Below, piece after piece: positions 23,379 to 36,689 of a stretch of 55,433 nucleotides of DNA. The translations under genes were made by a program, and so were the position numbers. Each line of letters begins with the position of its first letter. Within the stretch, counting starts at the first letter, position 1. Under the pieces are notes generated by a model. It was given only the letters and a program-made list of their open reading frames with translations, did not search any database and was not told where the DNA came from. Source of the stretch: Octopus bimaculoides (taxonomy: Eukaryota). The DNA is taken from assembly GCF_001194135.2 (NCBI RefSeq), contig NC_068996.1, positions 3,504,681 to 3,560,113 on the forward strand, written 5' to 3'.

Positions 23379-24013
23379 TATATATGCATATATATATAAT
23401 ATAACATATATGTATACATACGTACATACAGAGATACACACACACACACACAGAAATGATTGCTCAAATACCGCATTGGTGGATATTATTTATATACATG
23501 TCTTTTATCGTCTGAAAATGTTGTGTCTTCCTTCTCTTTTTGCATCAGTACATGTGTGTCTATATATATATATATATATNNNNNNNNNNNNNNNNNNNNN
23601 NNNNNNNNNNNNNNNNNNNNNNNNNNNNNNNNNNNNNNNNNNNNNNNNNNNNNNNNNNNNNNNNNNNNNNNNNNNNNNNNNNNNNNNNNNNNNNNNNNNN
23701 NNNNNNNNNNNNNNNNNNNNNNNNNNNNNNNNNNNNNNNNNNNNNNNNNNNNNNNNNNNNNNNNNNNNNNNNNNNNNNNNNNNNNNNNNNNNNNNNNNNN
23801 NNNNNNNNNNNNNNNNNNNNNNNNNNNNNNNNNNNNNNNNNNNNNNNNNNNNNNNNNNNNNNNNNNNNNNNNNNNNNNNNNNNNNNNNNNNNNNNNNNNN
23901 NNNNNNNNNNNNNNNNNNNNNNNNNNNNNNNNNGAGAGAGAGTGAGAGAGAGGAAGAGAGAGAGAGTGAGAGAGAGGAAGAGAGAGAGAGTGAGAGAGAG
24001 AAAGAGAGAGATA

Positions 24014-24340
24014 GGCGCAGGGGTGTCTGTGTGGTAAGAGGCTTGCTTACCAACCACATGGTTCTGGGTTCAATCCCACTGTGTTGCACCTTGGGCAAGT
24101 GTCTTCTACTATAGCCGCGCGTGTGTGTGTGTTTGTGTCTGTGTTGTCCCCCTCCACCGTCGCTTGACAACCGATGGTCGTGTGTTCACGTCCCCGTAAC
24201 TTAGCGGTTCGATAAAATAGCCCGAGAGAATAAGTGCTAGGCTTACAAAGAGTAAGTCCTGAGGTCGATCTGTTGGACTAAAGGCGGTACTCCAGCCTGG
24301 TCAGAGTCAAATGACTGGAACAAATAAAAGAGTAAAAGAA
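24014..24340 (+). mobile_element. Near full-length tRNA-derived SINE (octopus OK/OR type)
   Basis: A-box-like GTGTGGTAAG, B-box GGGTTCAATCCC, internal (GT)n, and an AAAAGAGTAAAAGA tail. Further partial copies occur in the window. Confidence 0.85.
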
Positions 24341-24509
24341 TATAATAATATATATATTTATATATATATATATGTATAATAAATAATGTTATTTATATAT
24401 ATATATATATAAATAACATTATTTATTATACATATATATATATAAATATATATATTATTATTATTATTATTATTATATTCTTTTACTCTTTTACTCTCTT
24501 ATTNNNNNN

Positions 24510-24850
24510 NNNNACCAGCTGTGAAAATAGCAGGTAATACGTAAACAAACGAGGGAAAAACGAGTGAAGTACATAATCAACAAGATAAAATGGAAAACAG
24601 GACAAGTAAACACAGAGAACGACCCTTCATCAGTGGTCGACGGTCTATCTACTCCTCATTTCGGGCATTTAATGACGATATGAGTCTTCAAAGACTGTTG
24701 CTCCAATAAATTCTAAAATAAAATTTAGGATTTATGGAGGGTCAAAGTTGGGAACAAAAAAATTACATTGGAGATAAGTCGGCTGCGACATAGTGTGGTG
24801 GAATATACTCAAAGCGTCGGGTTTTAAAACACCTGAAAATCATGGACAGA
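24510..24850 (-). mobile_element. Probable PLE 3'/pLTR remnant
   Basis: Minus strand carries GCCCGAAA...CTGATGAAGGGT followed by a pyrimidine-rich tail, similar in style to the 18030-18225 pLTR. Confidence 0.4.
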
Positions 24851-24905
24851 TGGACTTATGTGGTTGGGAAGCAAACTTCTTACCACACAGCCACGCCTGC
24901 GCCTA
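24850..24905 (-). mobile_element. SINE 5' head fragment
   Basis: Reverse complement GGCGCAGGCGTGGCTGTGTGGTAAGAAGTTTGCTTCCCAACCAC matches the 24014 head. Confidence 0.8.
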
Positions 24906-25374
24906 TGAAAATATGTTCTGAGGTCGATAAAGATTAACGTTTCTAACATTCTTTCATTAAATTAGAAATTTAGCATTTATTTACTTTTTAGAAATATAAC
25001 TCTTATTGTCATTATTTTCCCTAAAAGACGGCGTGTATAAACGCATTTAAGATTTTTCTTTTATTTAAGTTTATATACGAGTGTGTGGGTGGGTGTGGTT
25101 ATATATATGTGTGGGGGGAGGATGTGACAGTGCGCGCGCCTGTGTAAGTATACGTGCACACCAAGCACCAATAAACTTTGAGATTATATTTCTTGCAACA
25201 GTTATTCTAAGTGCAAAAACATAGAATATCATACTTAAACAGAAAACGCTACAATTCTAAGACTGGAAGAACAACAACGAGCAAACAGAGGACATCAGTA
25301 TTTGTAATAGTAATTCGTAATCGCAATCATTATACTACCACTAATACTGCTGCTGTTGCTGGACGGCAAACAAC

Positions 25375-25404
25375 AAAAACGACAACAGCAGCAGCAGCAG
25401 CAGC

Positions 25405-25436
<32 letters not shown>

Positions 25437-25922
25437 GGAGGAGGAGGAGGAGNNNNNNNNNNNNNNNNNNNNNNNNNNNNNNNNNNNNNNNNNNNNNNNN
25501 NNNNNNNNNNNNNNNNNNNNNNNNNNNNNNNNNNNNNNNNNNNNNNNNNNNNNNNNNNNNNNNNNNNNNNNNNNNNNNNNNNNNNNNNNNNNNNNNNNNN
25601 NNNNNNNNNNNNNNNNNNNNNNNNNNNNNNNNNNNNNNNNNNNNNNNNNNNNNNNNNNNNNNNNNNNNNNNNNNNNNNNNNNNNNNNNNNNNNNNNNNNN
25701 NNNNNNNNNNNNNNNNNNNNNNNNNNNNNNNNNNNNNNNNNNNNNNNNNNNNNNNNNNNNNNNNNNNNAAGAAGAAGAAGAAGAAGAAGAAGAAGAAGAA
25801 GAAGAAGAAGAAGAAGAAGAAGAAGAAGAAGAAGAAAAAGAAGAAGAAGAAGAAAAAGAAAAAGAAGAAGAAGAAGAAGAAGAAGAAGAAGAAGAAGAAG
25901 AAGAAGAAGAAGAAGAAGAAGA
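25375..25922. repeat. Compound trinucleotide microsatellite (GCA)(GAT)(GAG)-gap-(GAA)
   Basis: Seen directly. Confidence 0.95.
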
Positions 25923-26499
25923 GAGAAGGTGGGACTGCGGGCTAAATAGCAACGTGGACGAACACCGAGAAGGTCTTTGCACAGGACGAAATGGGAAGGA
26001 ATCTTGGCAATAAAACTGAGGGAAATGTTCTTTTAAAGCAAGTCATCTAAAAAATAGTAAGATTATTGTTAAATAAAGCATAGTTTCTTCTATGCATATC
26101 TCACAGTAACACGCATGAAATACTGACAGCGACATTAGGTGCCTCGAAAATAATAATAGGGAAGAAACTCTATATACACAGTAAACATATAAAGTAATTA
26201 ATTACGTATACACTCAACTGTTTATGCATATATGCCCATGTAATAATATTTATATACTACGTAAATAACGTTTACACACACACATATAAGCGAAGGAAAA
26301 CGATATTCAACGAACAATCACAAAAGGAGCAAATAATCACAAGTTTAAATCACTGCTTAACTGTCATGCCAGGAGACACAACTACAGAAAAAGAATGATA
26401 ATAATAATCAAAAGGGAAATATCTTTCTATAAGTCTCATGCTATTACAATATGAGAAACATATCCATTCAAAGAACTCGGAAGTGGTGTTCAACCAAAA

Positions 26500-26760
26500 A
26501 GTCACCTCTAAACAAACAAGCCCGTTTCCTACTGCCAAGAGAATACAAGAAAAGTCATAACAAACTAGGGAGTATAATCCACTGGAAGTTATGCAGAAAG
26601 CGAGAATTTGACCATACTGGTAAGTGGTAAGAACATGATCCTTGTAAAGTGCCAGAAAGTATGACATATATGATGTGGGATTTTAACATTCAAACTGACA
26701 GCTTCATAGAAGCCAGATGGCCTGATTTAGTAGTAGTAGACAAAGAACCAAAAAAAATAT
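26500..26760 (+). pseudogene. Old R4/Dong-clade fragment
   Basis: Hand translation HNKLGSIIHWKLCRK...MWDFNIQTDSFIEARWPDLVVVDK. Confidence 0.65.
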
Positions 26761-26761
26761 A

Positions 26762-27425
26762 ATGAAAAGAAACATAGCGAGTAACTTCAGAATATGTGGA
26801 GATGGACAAGAAACAATAAATCATATTATCTCTGGCTGCCCTGTCCTGGCTAAGAAGGAATATATTCACAGACACGACAGAGCTGGGACCTATATACACT
26901 GGAAGCTATGCCAACACTATGGAATAACAACAGAAAAAAGATGGTATAAACATACGTCAGAAAAGGTCACAGAAAACGAGAAAGCAACCATACTCTGGGA
27001 TATGCCAATACACACAGATAGAGAAATTAAGGCCAATAGACCAGATATAGTTGTCAAAGATCATGAAGGAAAAAAATGACAACATTTCCCGAAAAGAAAT
27101 GGAGAAACTTTCAAAATACAAAGATCTGGAAATAGATGTAACTCGAATGTGGAATCTAAAAACAGAAACAATTCCTATCATAGTAGGTGCCTTAGGTATA
27201 ATAAAAAAATATTCAGACAAATACATAACAAAAACACCAGGACTTACAAATATATATAACATACAGAAAATTGCACTACTGGGCACTGCACACATCTTAC
27301 GTAAAACACTTTCAATACAGTAACCATAAGAGCATCACAGCAAACCACAGTACATACCCAAGGCACACAGAGCTGCGCTCGGTAGTGAAGTGAAAGCACG
27401 TTATAAAAATAAAACTACTGAACAA
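26762..27425 (+). mobile_element. 5'-truncated R4/Dong non-LTR retrotransposon (CCHC, RLE domain, 3' UTR)
   Basis: RICGDGQETINHIISGC...RHDRAGTYIHWKLC...ANRPDIVVKD...KEMEKLSKYKDL...IPIIVGALG...ALLGTAHILRKTL, ending at (GAA)n. The second RLE Asp segment is deleted. Confidence 0.9.
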
Positions 27426-27584
27426 TAAGAAGAAGAAGAAGANNNNNNNNNNNNNNNNNNNNNNNNNNNNNNNNNNNNNNNNNNNNNNNNNNNNNNNNNN
27501 NNNNNNNNNNNNNNNNNNNNNNNNNNNNAAGAAGGAGGAGGAGGAGGAGGAGGAGGAGGAGGGGGCAACAACAACAACTACAAC

Positions 27585-28035
27585 TATTCATCGAAGCTCA
27601 GAACCAAGCATTGAATATCAACTGAATGAAAAGGGATATATACCACACAAGTGCAACGAACCTCTGCGCTGCCAAATGTGTGGGTCGAAAGCGTAACTCA
27701 CATTCTTAGTGCTTGTGAAAGTCTTGTGCAGAAAGCGTACAAGCGTAGACACGACAAGGTAACCCAAAACTTTCACTGGCTACTATGCCGGAAGTATGGA
27801 TACGAGGTAACGGGTGCTTGGTGTCAACATACACCGGTAAAGATAATGGACGAAAAGTGAAATCAAAATTCCGCTGGGACTTTGACTTCCATTTAGACAA
27901 GGTATTAAAGCACCGAGGGCCAGATATAATAACCTTAAGGAGGGACAAGCAAGAGTACCTAATAATGGATGTGGCAGTGCCAGGAGATCAGCATATCATC
28001 ATGAAGGAAAGAGAAAAGGTTGATAATTATTGAGA
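27585..28035 (+). pseudogene. Divergent R4/Dong fragment
   Basis: YKRRHDKVTQNFHWLLCRKYG...WDFDFHLDKVLKHRGPDII...IMDVAVPGD...KEREKVDNY. Confidence 0.8.
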
Positions 28036-28273
28036 TGGATAAATATTGAGAAACTTTAAACTAGAGCTAACGTGTTGTGTCATGGCCAACGAGAAATGTT
28101 ATCTATTTAAATATACTGGACATATAAATACATATACAACAACATATTCGAAGTTTTAAGAATTCAGAGACGCCATCTGCGTGAAAGTAGGTGAGTGATA
28201 ACACCACATACATATGTACACAACATGGACCACACACACATACACATGTACACAACATGGACCGCACACACAT

Positions 28274-28304
<31 letters not shown>

Positions 28305-29099
28305 TCCAAATATACATGAATGCGTTTGTGTATGTTTGCATGTGTACGTGTATGTATGAAAGTACATATGAATTTATACCTATAATGTGTTATATACTGC
28401 AATTAATATTACATGAAGAAAGTGCGTAATAGTTATAATAGTATGGAAGTCGTGGAGTTAAATAAATATTCTTGACATGAATACGTAAACACATCCCTCA
28501 TTTGTCTCGAATTTCCTCACAATAATTTTACGGGTCGATTCTTCTGAATTTTCAGTTACATGGACACTACATTATACTTCTTTGATTACTGCAGGGTTAG
28601 AAGACAGCGGAGTCCGGAAGAGGAGATGTCTAATATATTTGCATGATCCACTAAATCCATATCTCATATGACTAAATGGATCATAAATATATAGTCTTGT
28701 TTGGATTAAACCAGAAATCGAAACCGATTTAGCGTCTATTTTTCAGCATATCGGCAAAGAATTTATTTTTCTTTTTGCCCTTATTTATAATTGTATAATT
28801 TTCATCTTAAAAGTTATTTTTCATATGCTGGCCACTGATAAAAGTTTCTAATAAAATTCTATCCTTATATTAGGAGTATACATCCATACATACATACATA
28901 CATACATACATACATACATACATACNNNNNNNNNNNNNNNNNNNNNNNNNNNNNNNNNNNNNNNNNNNNNNNNNNNNNNNNNNNNNNNNNNNNNNNNNNN
29001 NNNNNNNNNNNNNNNNNNNNNNNNNAGCAACAAAAAGAACAAGAATTATTGAATCCTGGAAGTAGCAACAAAAAGTTTTTTTGACGAAACATAAGGATT

Positions 29100-29510
29100 A
29101 ATATATGGAGTCCTGGATCAAGCTCTTGGATAATGAAAAATATTGACAAATTGTAGATTGTGCAGTTTAAGGGACGAGTCAATTTTTCATGTAACATTAA
29201 AATGTTCCAAAATGGTACAAAACATGGGCTCAGACATGGTAATGTTCCAAGAATCATCCATCATGGTCTTATTAGTAAGGTTAACTGGTATAAGCATAGA
29301 TCACAAAAAGTCACATAGTCCTCTGGGACTATGGCGTACAAAACTAACTGACCATGTGATAATACACAATAGGCTAGATATTGCGGTCGTGTACAAGAAA
29401 TATATTAAATGTGATATTATTGACACACCAATCCTCAAGTCAAAAATATAAAGAGGAAGAGAGATAGTGATGAACTACAGCACACTGAGAAGAGAATTGA
29501 AAAAGATATA
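29100..29510 (+). pseudogene. Strongly decayed R4/Dong fragment
   Basis: CRLCSLRDESIFHV...TDHVIIHNRLDIAVV...CDIID. Confidence 0.6.
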
Positions 29511-29544
29511 CTTTAACGCAACAAATGTAATCACGAATGATGTC

Positions 29545-29960
29545 CTGCGGTGGACAACACGAAATCTGTTGAAGACAGAAATTTCTCTCAGTGGCCCAGT
29601 CATCACTTTTTCAAGTTTCATCTGGAACGGAAGCTAAAAGTGGAGAAGGAAGTGTTGTCTTTCAGAAAATTATTATACACGTGGATGAGAATGGCGAACA
29701 TGATCCGAGTGAACATGCGTACTCTGAACACGCGCTTCTAAAATCGTAGGACAGATTCGAGCGGACAGTTGCTTTAGTAGTCTCGGTGACCATGCTTTTG
29801 GGCTTTATGGGTCGGGTTCTACAGGTAGCTTGTTGAGATCTTCCCCCATTGTTATTATGACCGATTTTGCTTATATTCTGTCTACGTTTAAATTCCTTTT
29901 GTTTTTAATACCTCAACTCTATAACGTTCTCGTTTTGTGTATGTCATTTTGGCTAATAAA
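29545..29960 (+). mobile_element. Tx1-clade LINE 3' end
   Basis: FFKFHLERKLKVEKEVLS...WMRMANMIRVN, homologous to the 14700-14870 region, followed by a UTR-like stretch and AATAAA. Confidence 0.65.
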
Positions 29961-32900
29961 AATACAATAAGGAAAAGTACCCAAAGAAAATACATAGCAG
30001 CCAGTCTTAGGTTACATTGACTATTATTTTATCTAATATAGCATACGGAAAATATAACATATCCTATAAATCTCAAACGCGACGTTTGCTGTAAATTGTA
30101 TAGCTAAGTTAACTATTACAAAAAAAGAAAAAAAGGGTGTTGACCATTCCAAATTAGAGGCTTTACTAATAAGCTAAACAACTAGAATTATGTACCAGTA
30201 GACTGTTAATTGAAATCTTAATACGTACAATATCAAGGTATGTTATTTTATATATTTTCGTATTGAATAAAATGTCGGAAAAACTTGCAACATCCCTTCT
30301 GTGCAATACTCGTTATACGGACCCCACGTCTATCGTAAACCGTACAGTACCGCTATAAATTTATCCGCTTTCTTTTCACTCTTCAAGAAGCTACTCTCAC
30401 GAAGAATGAGTTGTGTTATTTTGCGAGATAAACTATGTTTTGTATAAGGTGTGTGAATTGTATAGCTAACCACTACAGTAAGGTGACATCACGAATTTTA
30501 GTGTGCAAATTAAAAAAATCATCTTGCATATATAATATTTCATGATATATAGGTTATATATATGGATCAGTTTCTCTTTTTGTCTTTGAAGTGAGATTTT
30601 GTTTTCTTGTTTCTGATATTGTTTTGGTGTTTCTTCTGTTGTGTAGTGGTTCTAGAACTGACAGTAATAGAACCGCGCCACAACCACATCAACAATACAT
30701 TAATACTGAAAATACCTAAAGAAAAGCCATAAATATATAGAATGAATTTTCTAGCTTTCCCAATGTCTGGGGGTGTTGGAAAACTTTACTATCATTACCA
30801 CTCTTTTGTGGAAACCGGCTTAATTCGGTGGTTAACATATTAACAACCACAGCTACAGCAAACGCAGCAACATCGACGAGAATCAGAGAAAACGACAAAA
30901 TTCACTTGCAAGAAAAAAGAAACATATCTAGTACTGTCCGAGAGAAAAGGGAAAGCATATGGCTAGACGTTCTCTAAGAGGACGCAGATAACAAATAGAT
31001 GCACAATGACCTACTGATACATCAACACAAAAGCTCGACGGGAGGAGAGCTGACGCTTGTACAGGGAAAAAGATATTTGAAATCAATATGAAAGCAAAAG
31101 GCATATATTTCTCTTCAAGACAATTCGGTACAACAGACGTGAGAAATCCAAAGTGAAGAATCACTTCATCTTTTATTTAAAAGTGAGGACTTCATCTTCA
31201 TAGCAACCAATATGGATTTTTTAGGTGTAGCAAAAGTTATGATGGCGCACATTCGGTCAAAAATAAGCATGTAATAGCTAACAGTGGCTGTCTTCTCTGA
31301 AGTTCTGTAAGCTAGGAAATATCAAGGCTACCTATCGTCCAAATAAATGAGCAAACGAATACAACTCATCTGTTGGTGGCGATCGAGAAGAGAAGATTAT
31401 TGTATTATTTATATGTATTTTGTTATTTGAAACTTTTAGATGTATTTCTTGAATATAATTGAAAGTTAATAGGGTCCTCCCCAGTGCTATCGATGCTTCA
31501 AGCACAGCAGTAATAACCCCAGCAACGAAAGCTGCAGCAGCAACAACGATAGAACTAGCACCAAAAAGAAACGCAACAGCAGCAGCAGCACCACTACTAT
31601 TCAAACAGCAGCAGTAACGAAAACAACAATGACAGCTACAGCTCCATGAACAAGAACAAGCATCAGAAAGGAAAATCTTAGCCCATTAAAATTGTTCCGC
31701 CATTACCATCTCGAAGGAAGCCTTCTTTCATCCGTCCTTCCACTACACACAAATGCATTCATGCCCACGCACACGCACAATCGCCTCTTCTTTTCGACTT
31801 CAGTTACATTCTGCAAGAAGGAGAAGAAGAAAATACTGTAGCAAGAAACCTTTGTCGGCTCCAAGAGACAGGAAAGAGACTATATCAGGATGAAACCAAG
31901 ATTTAATGGTGTGGCAGAAAGCTTGCCATTTCCCCTGACAATGTCAACAACACCATCACAGTTTCTCAACTACAATCACCAGCAAAATCGCAACAACATA
32001 AAAATTAGAAATAAACGCACAACTACCAAAAAAAAAATAAATCCAACAGAAAGAAAAGAAAGCAAATATTCACTACTATATGTAATACAGCACAGAGAAG
32101 ATGAGTAAAAAATGGTCTTCCATAAAACCCTTATCAGCTTGGATCAGTCATATGCTGTTCTCCGGGTACTCGATTTCGCTCACCTTTTGCAGTTTGGAAT
32201 GAAACATCGCATAGTAGCAACTGATTGGTGATCATAGTGTGCGAACATCTGGTGGAACCGTTTCGTATTGTGCCCTCAGTCTATCATGTGTCACCTGGTC
32301 TCCTCTCACATTTATATATATGCAGATACTTGAGCTTCCTACTAAAGCTGTATTATTGTAGGGCATCCATTTTGAATGGAATACCGAAAAGACGCGCCGG
32401 CTTGTGTGGACGACCTAACAAGCGAAACAGGGGTGGAGCTGGTTGGCGCCATTTTAAAATTACAAAGCGCTCAAGAGTGCAAAGTTTAACTCGGTTTCGG
32501 ATTAGTCGTTGATCTTGTAGCTTGATATCTGGCGAAAAAAGTAAGTCCATGCTATCAGATAGCTTCGAAGAGCGCTGATACTTTGGACCACTTAAACTAC
32601 TCACGGTTTGGTTTAGTCCAGATTAGCAGATGGGTAGGACCTTGAAAATTGTTACGTGCACAATGAACAGCCTCACACCGAAATGAGAAATGGGCCGAAA
32701 GAAAGCTATTTCTGTAATATCTGACCTAGATGGCAAACTCGTAATGTTTCTATCACAATTTATATCTTCACCTTGCCCTAGTCTTTACCTTAACAAACAG
32801 GATCATATATCTTGTTTCATAAGAAAGTGACATCATTTACTGACGAAACACTCCATCTGTTACCAATATCCAATTCTCGAAGAGCTCGAGTTTCCGTACT

Positions 32901-33283
32901 TATTGATGCACTAACAAGTTCTGAGCCAATAGCTTCTGCAATGACTCTTGGACAGTGAACAAGGTAAACAAGTGTTGATAATGTTTGTAAAACCAGTCAC
33001 CTGGTCTTATAAATGGAGCTACAGTCCTGGGTGAAGAAAAACCAATATGTGTTTACTTGGTACCCAGAACCTTGTTAAGCGCTACTTCTCGAAGTAGCAG
33101 TGCTCTCCAGTAGAAGAGCCAACAATTTCGTGATTCCTTTCATAATCCCCACTGAGAAAATACTCGGGAACAAACCAACCTATTCAATCACACCGACAGA
33201 ATCAGTCACACATGCTCACACACACACACACACACACACACATTAAATCGTAAACGTAAGGAAGTATAAGTGACTATATTTAT

Positions 33284-33585
33284 ATATTTGTTTAACCACT
33301 TGTCAAGTCTTAAGATTACGGCCGTTTCGCAGCCTTCATCATGTAATAACTATTTCAGTGTATGATAAAATTATTCTACATATCTGCATAATACGCATGT
33401 TACTCATTATATAATACTATTGTATATTCACAAAAGTCAAATAAAGAAAGCTAGCTCATCAAATCACTAGAACGTTATAATTACACGAATTCGTCAACTC
33501 TCCGATACACGGAAATTATTGCTATCTGATGAAGGCTACGAAACGCGCGAAATCATAAGTATGGCAAATGGTTAAACAGACATAT
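33284..33585. mobile_element. Foldback element with hammerhead motifs on both strands
   Basis: Inverted arms (ATATTTGTTTAACCACTTGTCA vs TGGCAAATGGTTAAACAGACATAT). HHR-like motifs at 33317-33342 (-) and 33526-33554 (+). Confidence 0.65.
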
Positions 33586-33741
33586 TGACCTCTCACACGT
33601 CCAGATTTTTTATGGTTTATGTTCTCCAGATGATACGATTTTATCGATCGTAACTCTTGGATTTCAGCTACTACGGGATCTGATAGCCAGTTCTGCAAGA
33701 GGAGCTTTACGTGATCCCCACATGATTCTGTGAATTCATAT

Positions 33742-33917
<176 letters not shown>

Positions 33918-34362
33918 ACCCTTGAAGTCTTGTACTATGTTTTGTATTTTTGAGGCTCAAGACTTTTCATACACCCTGGTATATATTGAATCTTTATGTA
34001 TATATGCACGCGAGTATGTGTGTATATATGTACGTATGTATGCATGTATGAGTTATATGATTGTACATGTTATACGCATACGTACATGCACATATGCGTA
34101 TGTATGTGTGTGTGTGTGTTTATTTCCCGATTAATGCGTATAAAAGCATTAAAATATGATCGAGTACTTTGCATTGTGCAGTTTATGTAGAAGTAGGCCC
34201 CGGCTTATTTAAATAGCAGGATATGATTTATGTCCTTCCCTACACGATACGAAATGCAATATTGCCACTGCATATAACATTGAAATTTATCATTCCTGTA
34301 ATATCTATTAGAAAATATAGTCTGTTTACAACAATTAAATAGAAGTCTATCATATAGAAACG

Positions 34363-34725
34363 TGGAGGCGGAATGGCCCAGTGGTTAGGGCAGCTGACTC
34401 GCGGTTTCGATTCTCAGACAGAGCGTTGTGAGTGTTTATTGAGCGAAAACACTTAAAAGCTCCACGAGGTTCCCGTAGGGTGTGGTAGTGAACCCTGCTG
34501 TACTCTTTCACCAGAACTTTCTCTCACTCTTGTTTCTGTTGTACCTGTATTCCAAAAGGCCAGCCTTGTCACTCTCTGCATCACGCCATATCTCCCCGAA
34601 AACTACGTTAAGACTACACATATCTGTGGAGTGCTCAGCCACTTGCACGTTAATTTCACGAGCAGGATGTTCCGTTGATTGGATCAACTGGAGCCTTCGT
34701 CGTCATTACTGACGGAGTGCCACAA
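34363..34725 (+). mobile_element. Second tRNA-derived SINE family, near full length
   Basis: A box TGGCCCAGTGG and B box GGTTTCGATTC with the anticodon region shortened, plus a long unique body. Confidence 0.7.
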
Positions 34726-36689
34726 CATGGAAACGTAGAAAATAACCAACAACATTGCAAATGACGAATATAAACATGAAACAAATGTAAAATCGTAACA
34801 ACTATAAAAACGTTCCAAATCACTACCAATATTCCATAAGTTATAGATGTTACAACTTTCAAATACATTCATCCATTTAGAAATATTACACTTCGTTTAT
34901 AATCAATTTTTTTCTGTTGCATTTATCGTATCGGTTGATAAGAAATCGTATTTACTGAAAAAAAACCCAACTGAATCGAAACAGCTTCAACTAAGTTATA
35001 ATGTATATTTTTATATCTTTCACAAATTAATCTACACAGAAAAAAGTGGGGTTAGATTAGTGTAGCAACAGCTTTCTAGATTATACGGATCGTTAATATT
35101 AACTAGAGTATGAAGTAATATGAGCTTTAAGTCACGCCCAGTCTTCATTTGAAACAAGCCTTAGTCTCAAACACAGCAGATTTCAGTCCTTCACACTGGT
35201 GTGAAGTATATTGCATATGATAAAGCAAATCAGAAACGACCGCGATGCCTCTGGGGTAATATATTTCATACTTCCACAGATTATTAAGGTTTCAAAATAT
35301 TCTTTTCATAGAATCTGCGTAAGAATTTTACTCTTTACTTGATTTTAGTCATGTAGTTTTGGCCAGTCTGGAGCACCACGTCGAGATTTGTTGCAGCGTT
35401 GCGCATGGTATTTGGTGAATCATTGATATTGATATATCTGCTCTCTTATCTGAATGGGTCAGTCATGTAGTAATGTAAGCTCATCTGGAAATATAAACAG
35501 TAGAACGGTGTACTTGTAGTTTCTATTTCCAGTAAATTGACGCATCCACGTCTGTTTCTCTCTTACATAATTGATAACAAGTGTACAGCACAATTCTTTA
35601 CGTACCAGTAAAATGAGTCACATAGTGGTGCATTTAATACAGTTAATGACGCATAGTACAAGTTGTACAACTCGTCACACGTCAGTACAATTTTCCACTC
35701 AGTGCTATAATTGGTCAAAGACACAATTCGTCACATAGCAGCACAAATGCAAATATTCATCCATGAGTGCAGTTAGTCGCACATTAAAACAATTTTTCAC
35801 ACAGTAGTAAAACTGGTACACATTAGTACAATTGATCGCGTAATAGCGCAATTGGTCAGATATTGGTAAAATTAGTTGTGCATTAATAGGAATGGACGCA
35901 AGCAATTCTTTAAAGTTTGCAAACGCATTTCATTATTTATCATATGTTTTTTTTTATTTGTTCCATTTATATTTAACGTCTTTCTCCTCTCTTTCTATTC
36001 TCTGTTAGGACTGTTGAATCGACCCGCCATTAGTTGTTTTAATCGCTTAATCAGAGGAAGAATTGCAATATCAATAGCTTTGTCATAGCCTACGATATAA
36101 GTGGGGGTGGGGGATTATTCTTAGTCTTTGTTAAACAATTCCGAAGGTACAATGTGCTAGTATTAAACCAGGTCACGTCACATAATAAAGTTTTGATCGC
36201 CGATGAAAACGTGTTATTTAAAGCAACGAGCTGTTTTGCGCAGAGTCTGTTCACTTCAATGAATTTACTGACAAGCAAAATTAAAAGCAAGTCAAGTGAG
36301 AATCGTAGATATTGGTAATTGCTTTAAGCAAGATAGCTCAACATATCTCTATTAAATGCAGAACCATAAGCATACCTTCGTTTTTAATACTTAACACAAA
36401 CATATAAACACAGTTACGCACACTCAAACACACAGAAACACAAATGCTCATACAGAGATACACATGTCCCACAATGTGATTCCTTCGAAATTATTTTTCT
36501 CTGTAGTATGTTATCTCATTTCTGTCGATATTTCATGATCCTGAAATAAACCGTATTGTGTGGAGTCCTCAATTTTGTGAAGCGTAAGTAAATTATTTTC
36601 CTTTTAGTTAAGAATAGCCAACGAGAAAGGTATTACGAGTGGACAGCCAAAATAATGTGATTGATCAAAAGAGCTGCAAGAAAAGTGCA

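Noticed and set aside
24014-24090. tRNA gene (also considered at 34363 and 43284)
   Set aside because: A and B boxes are present but there is no complete cloverleaf; these are SINE or SINE-like heads.
32720-33180. Possible exon on the minus strand (VHCPRVIAEAIGSEL...)
   Set aside because: Short, bounded by stops, with no recognisable family or convincing splice signals.
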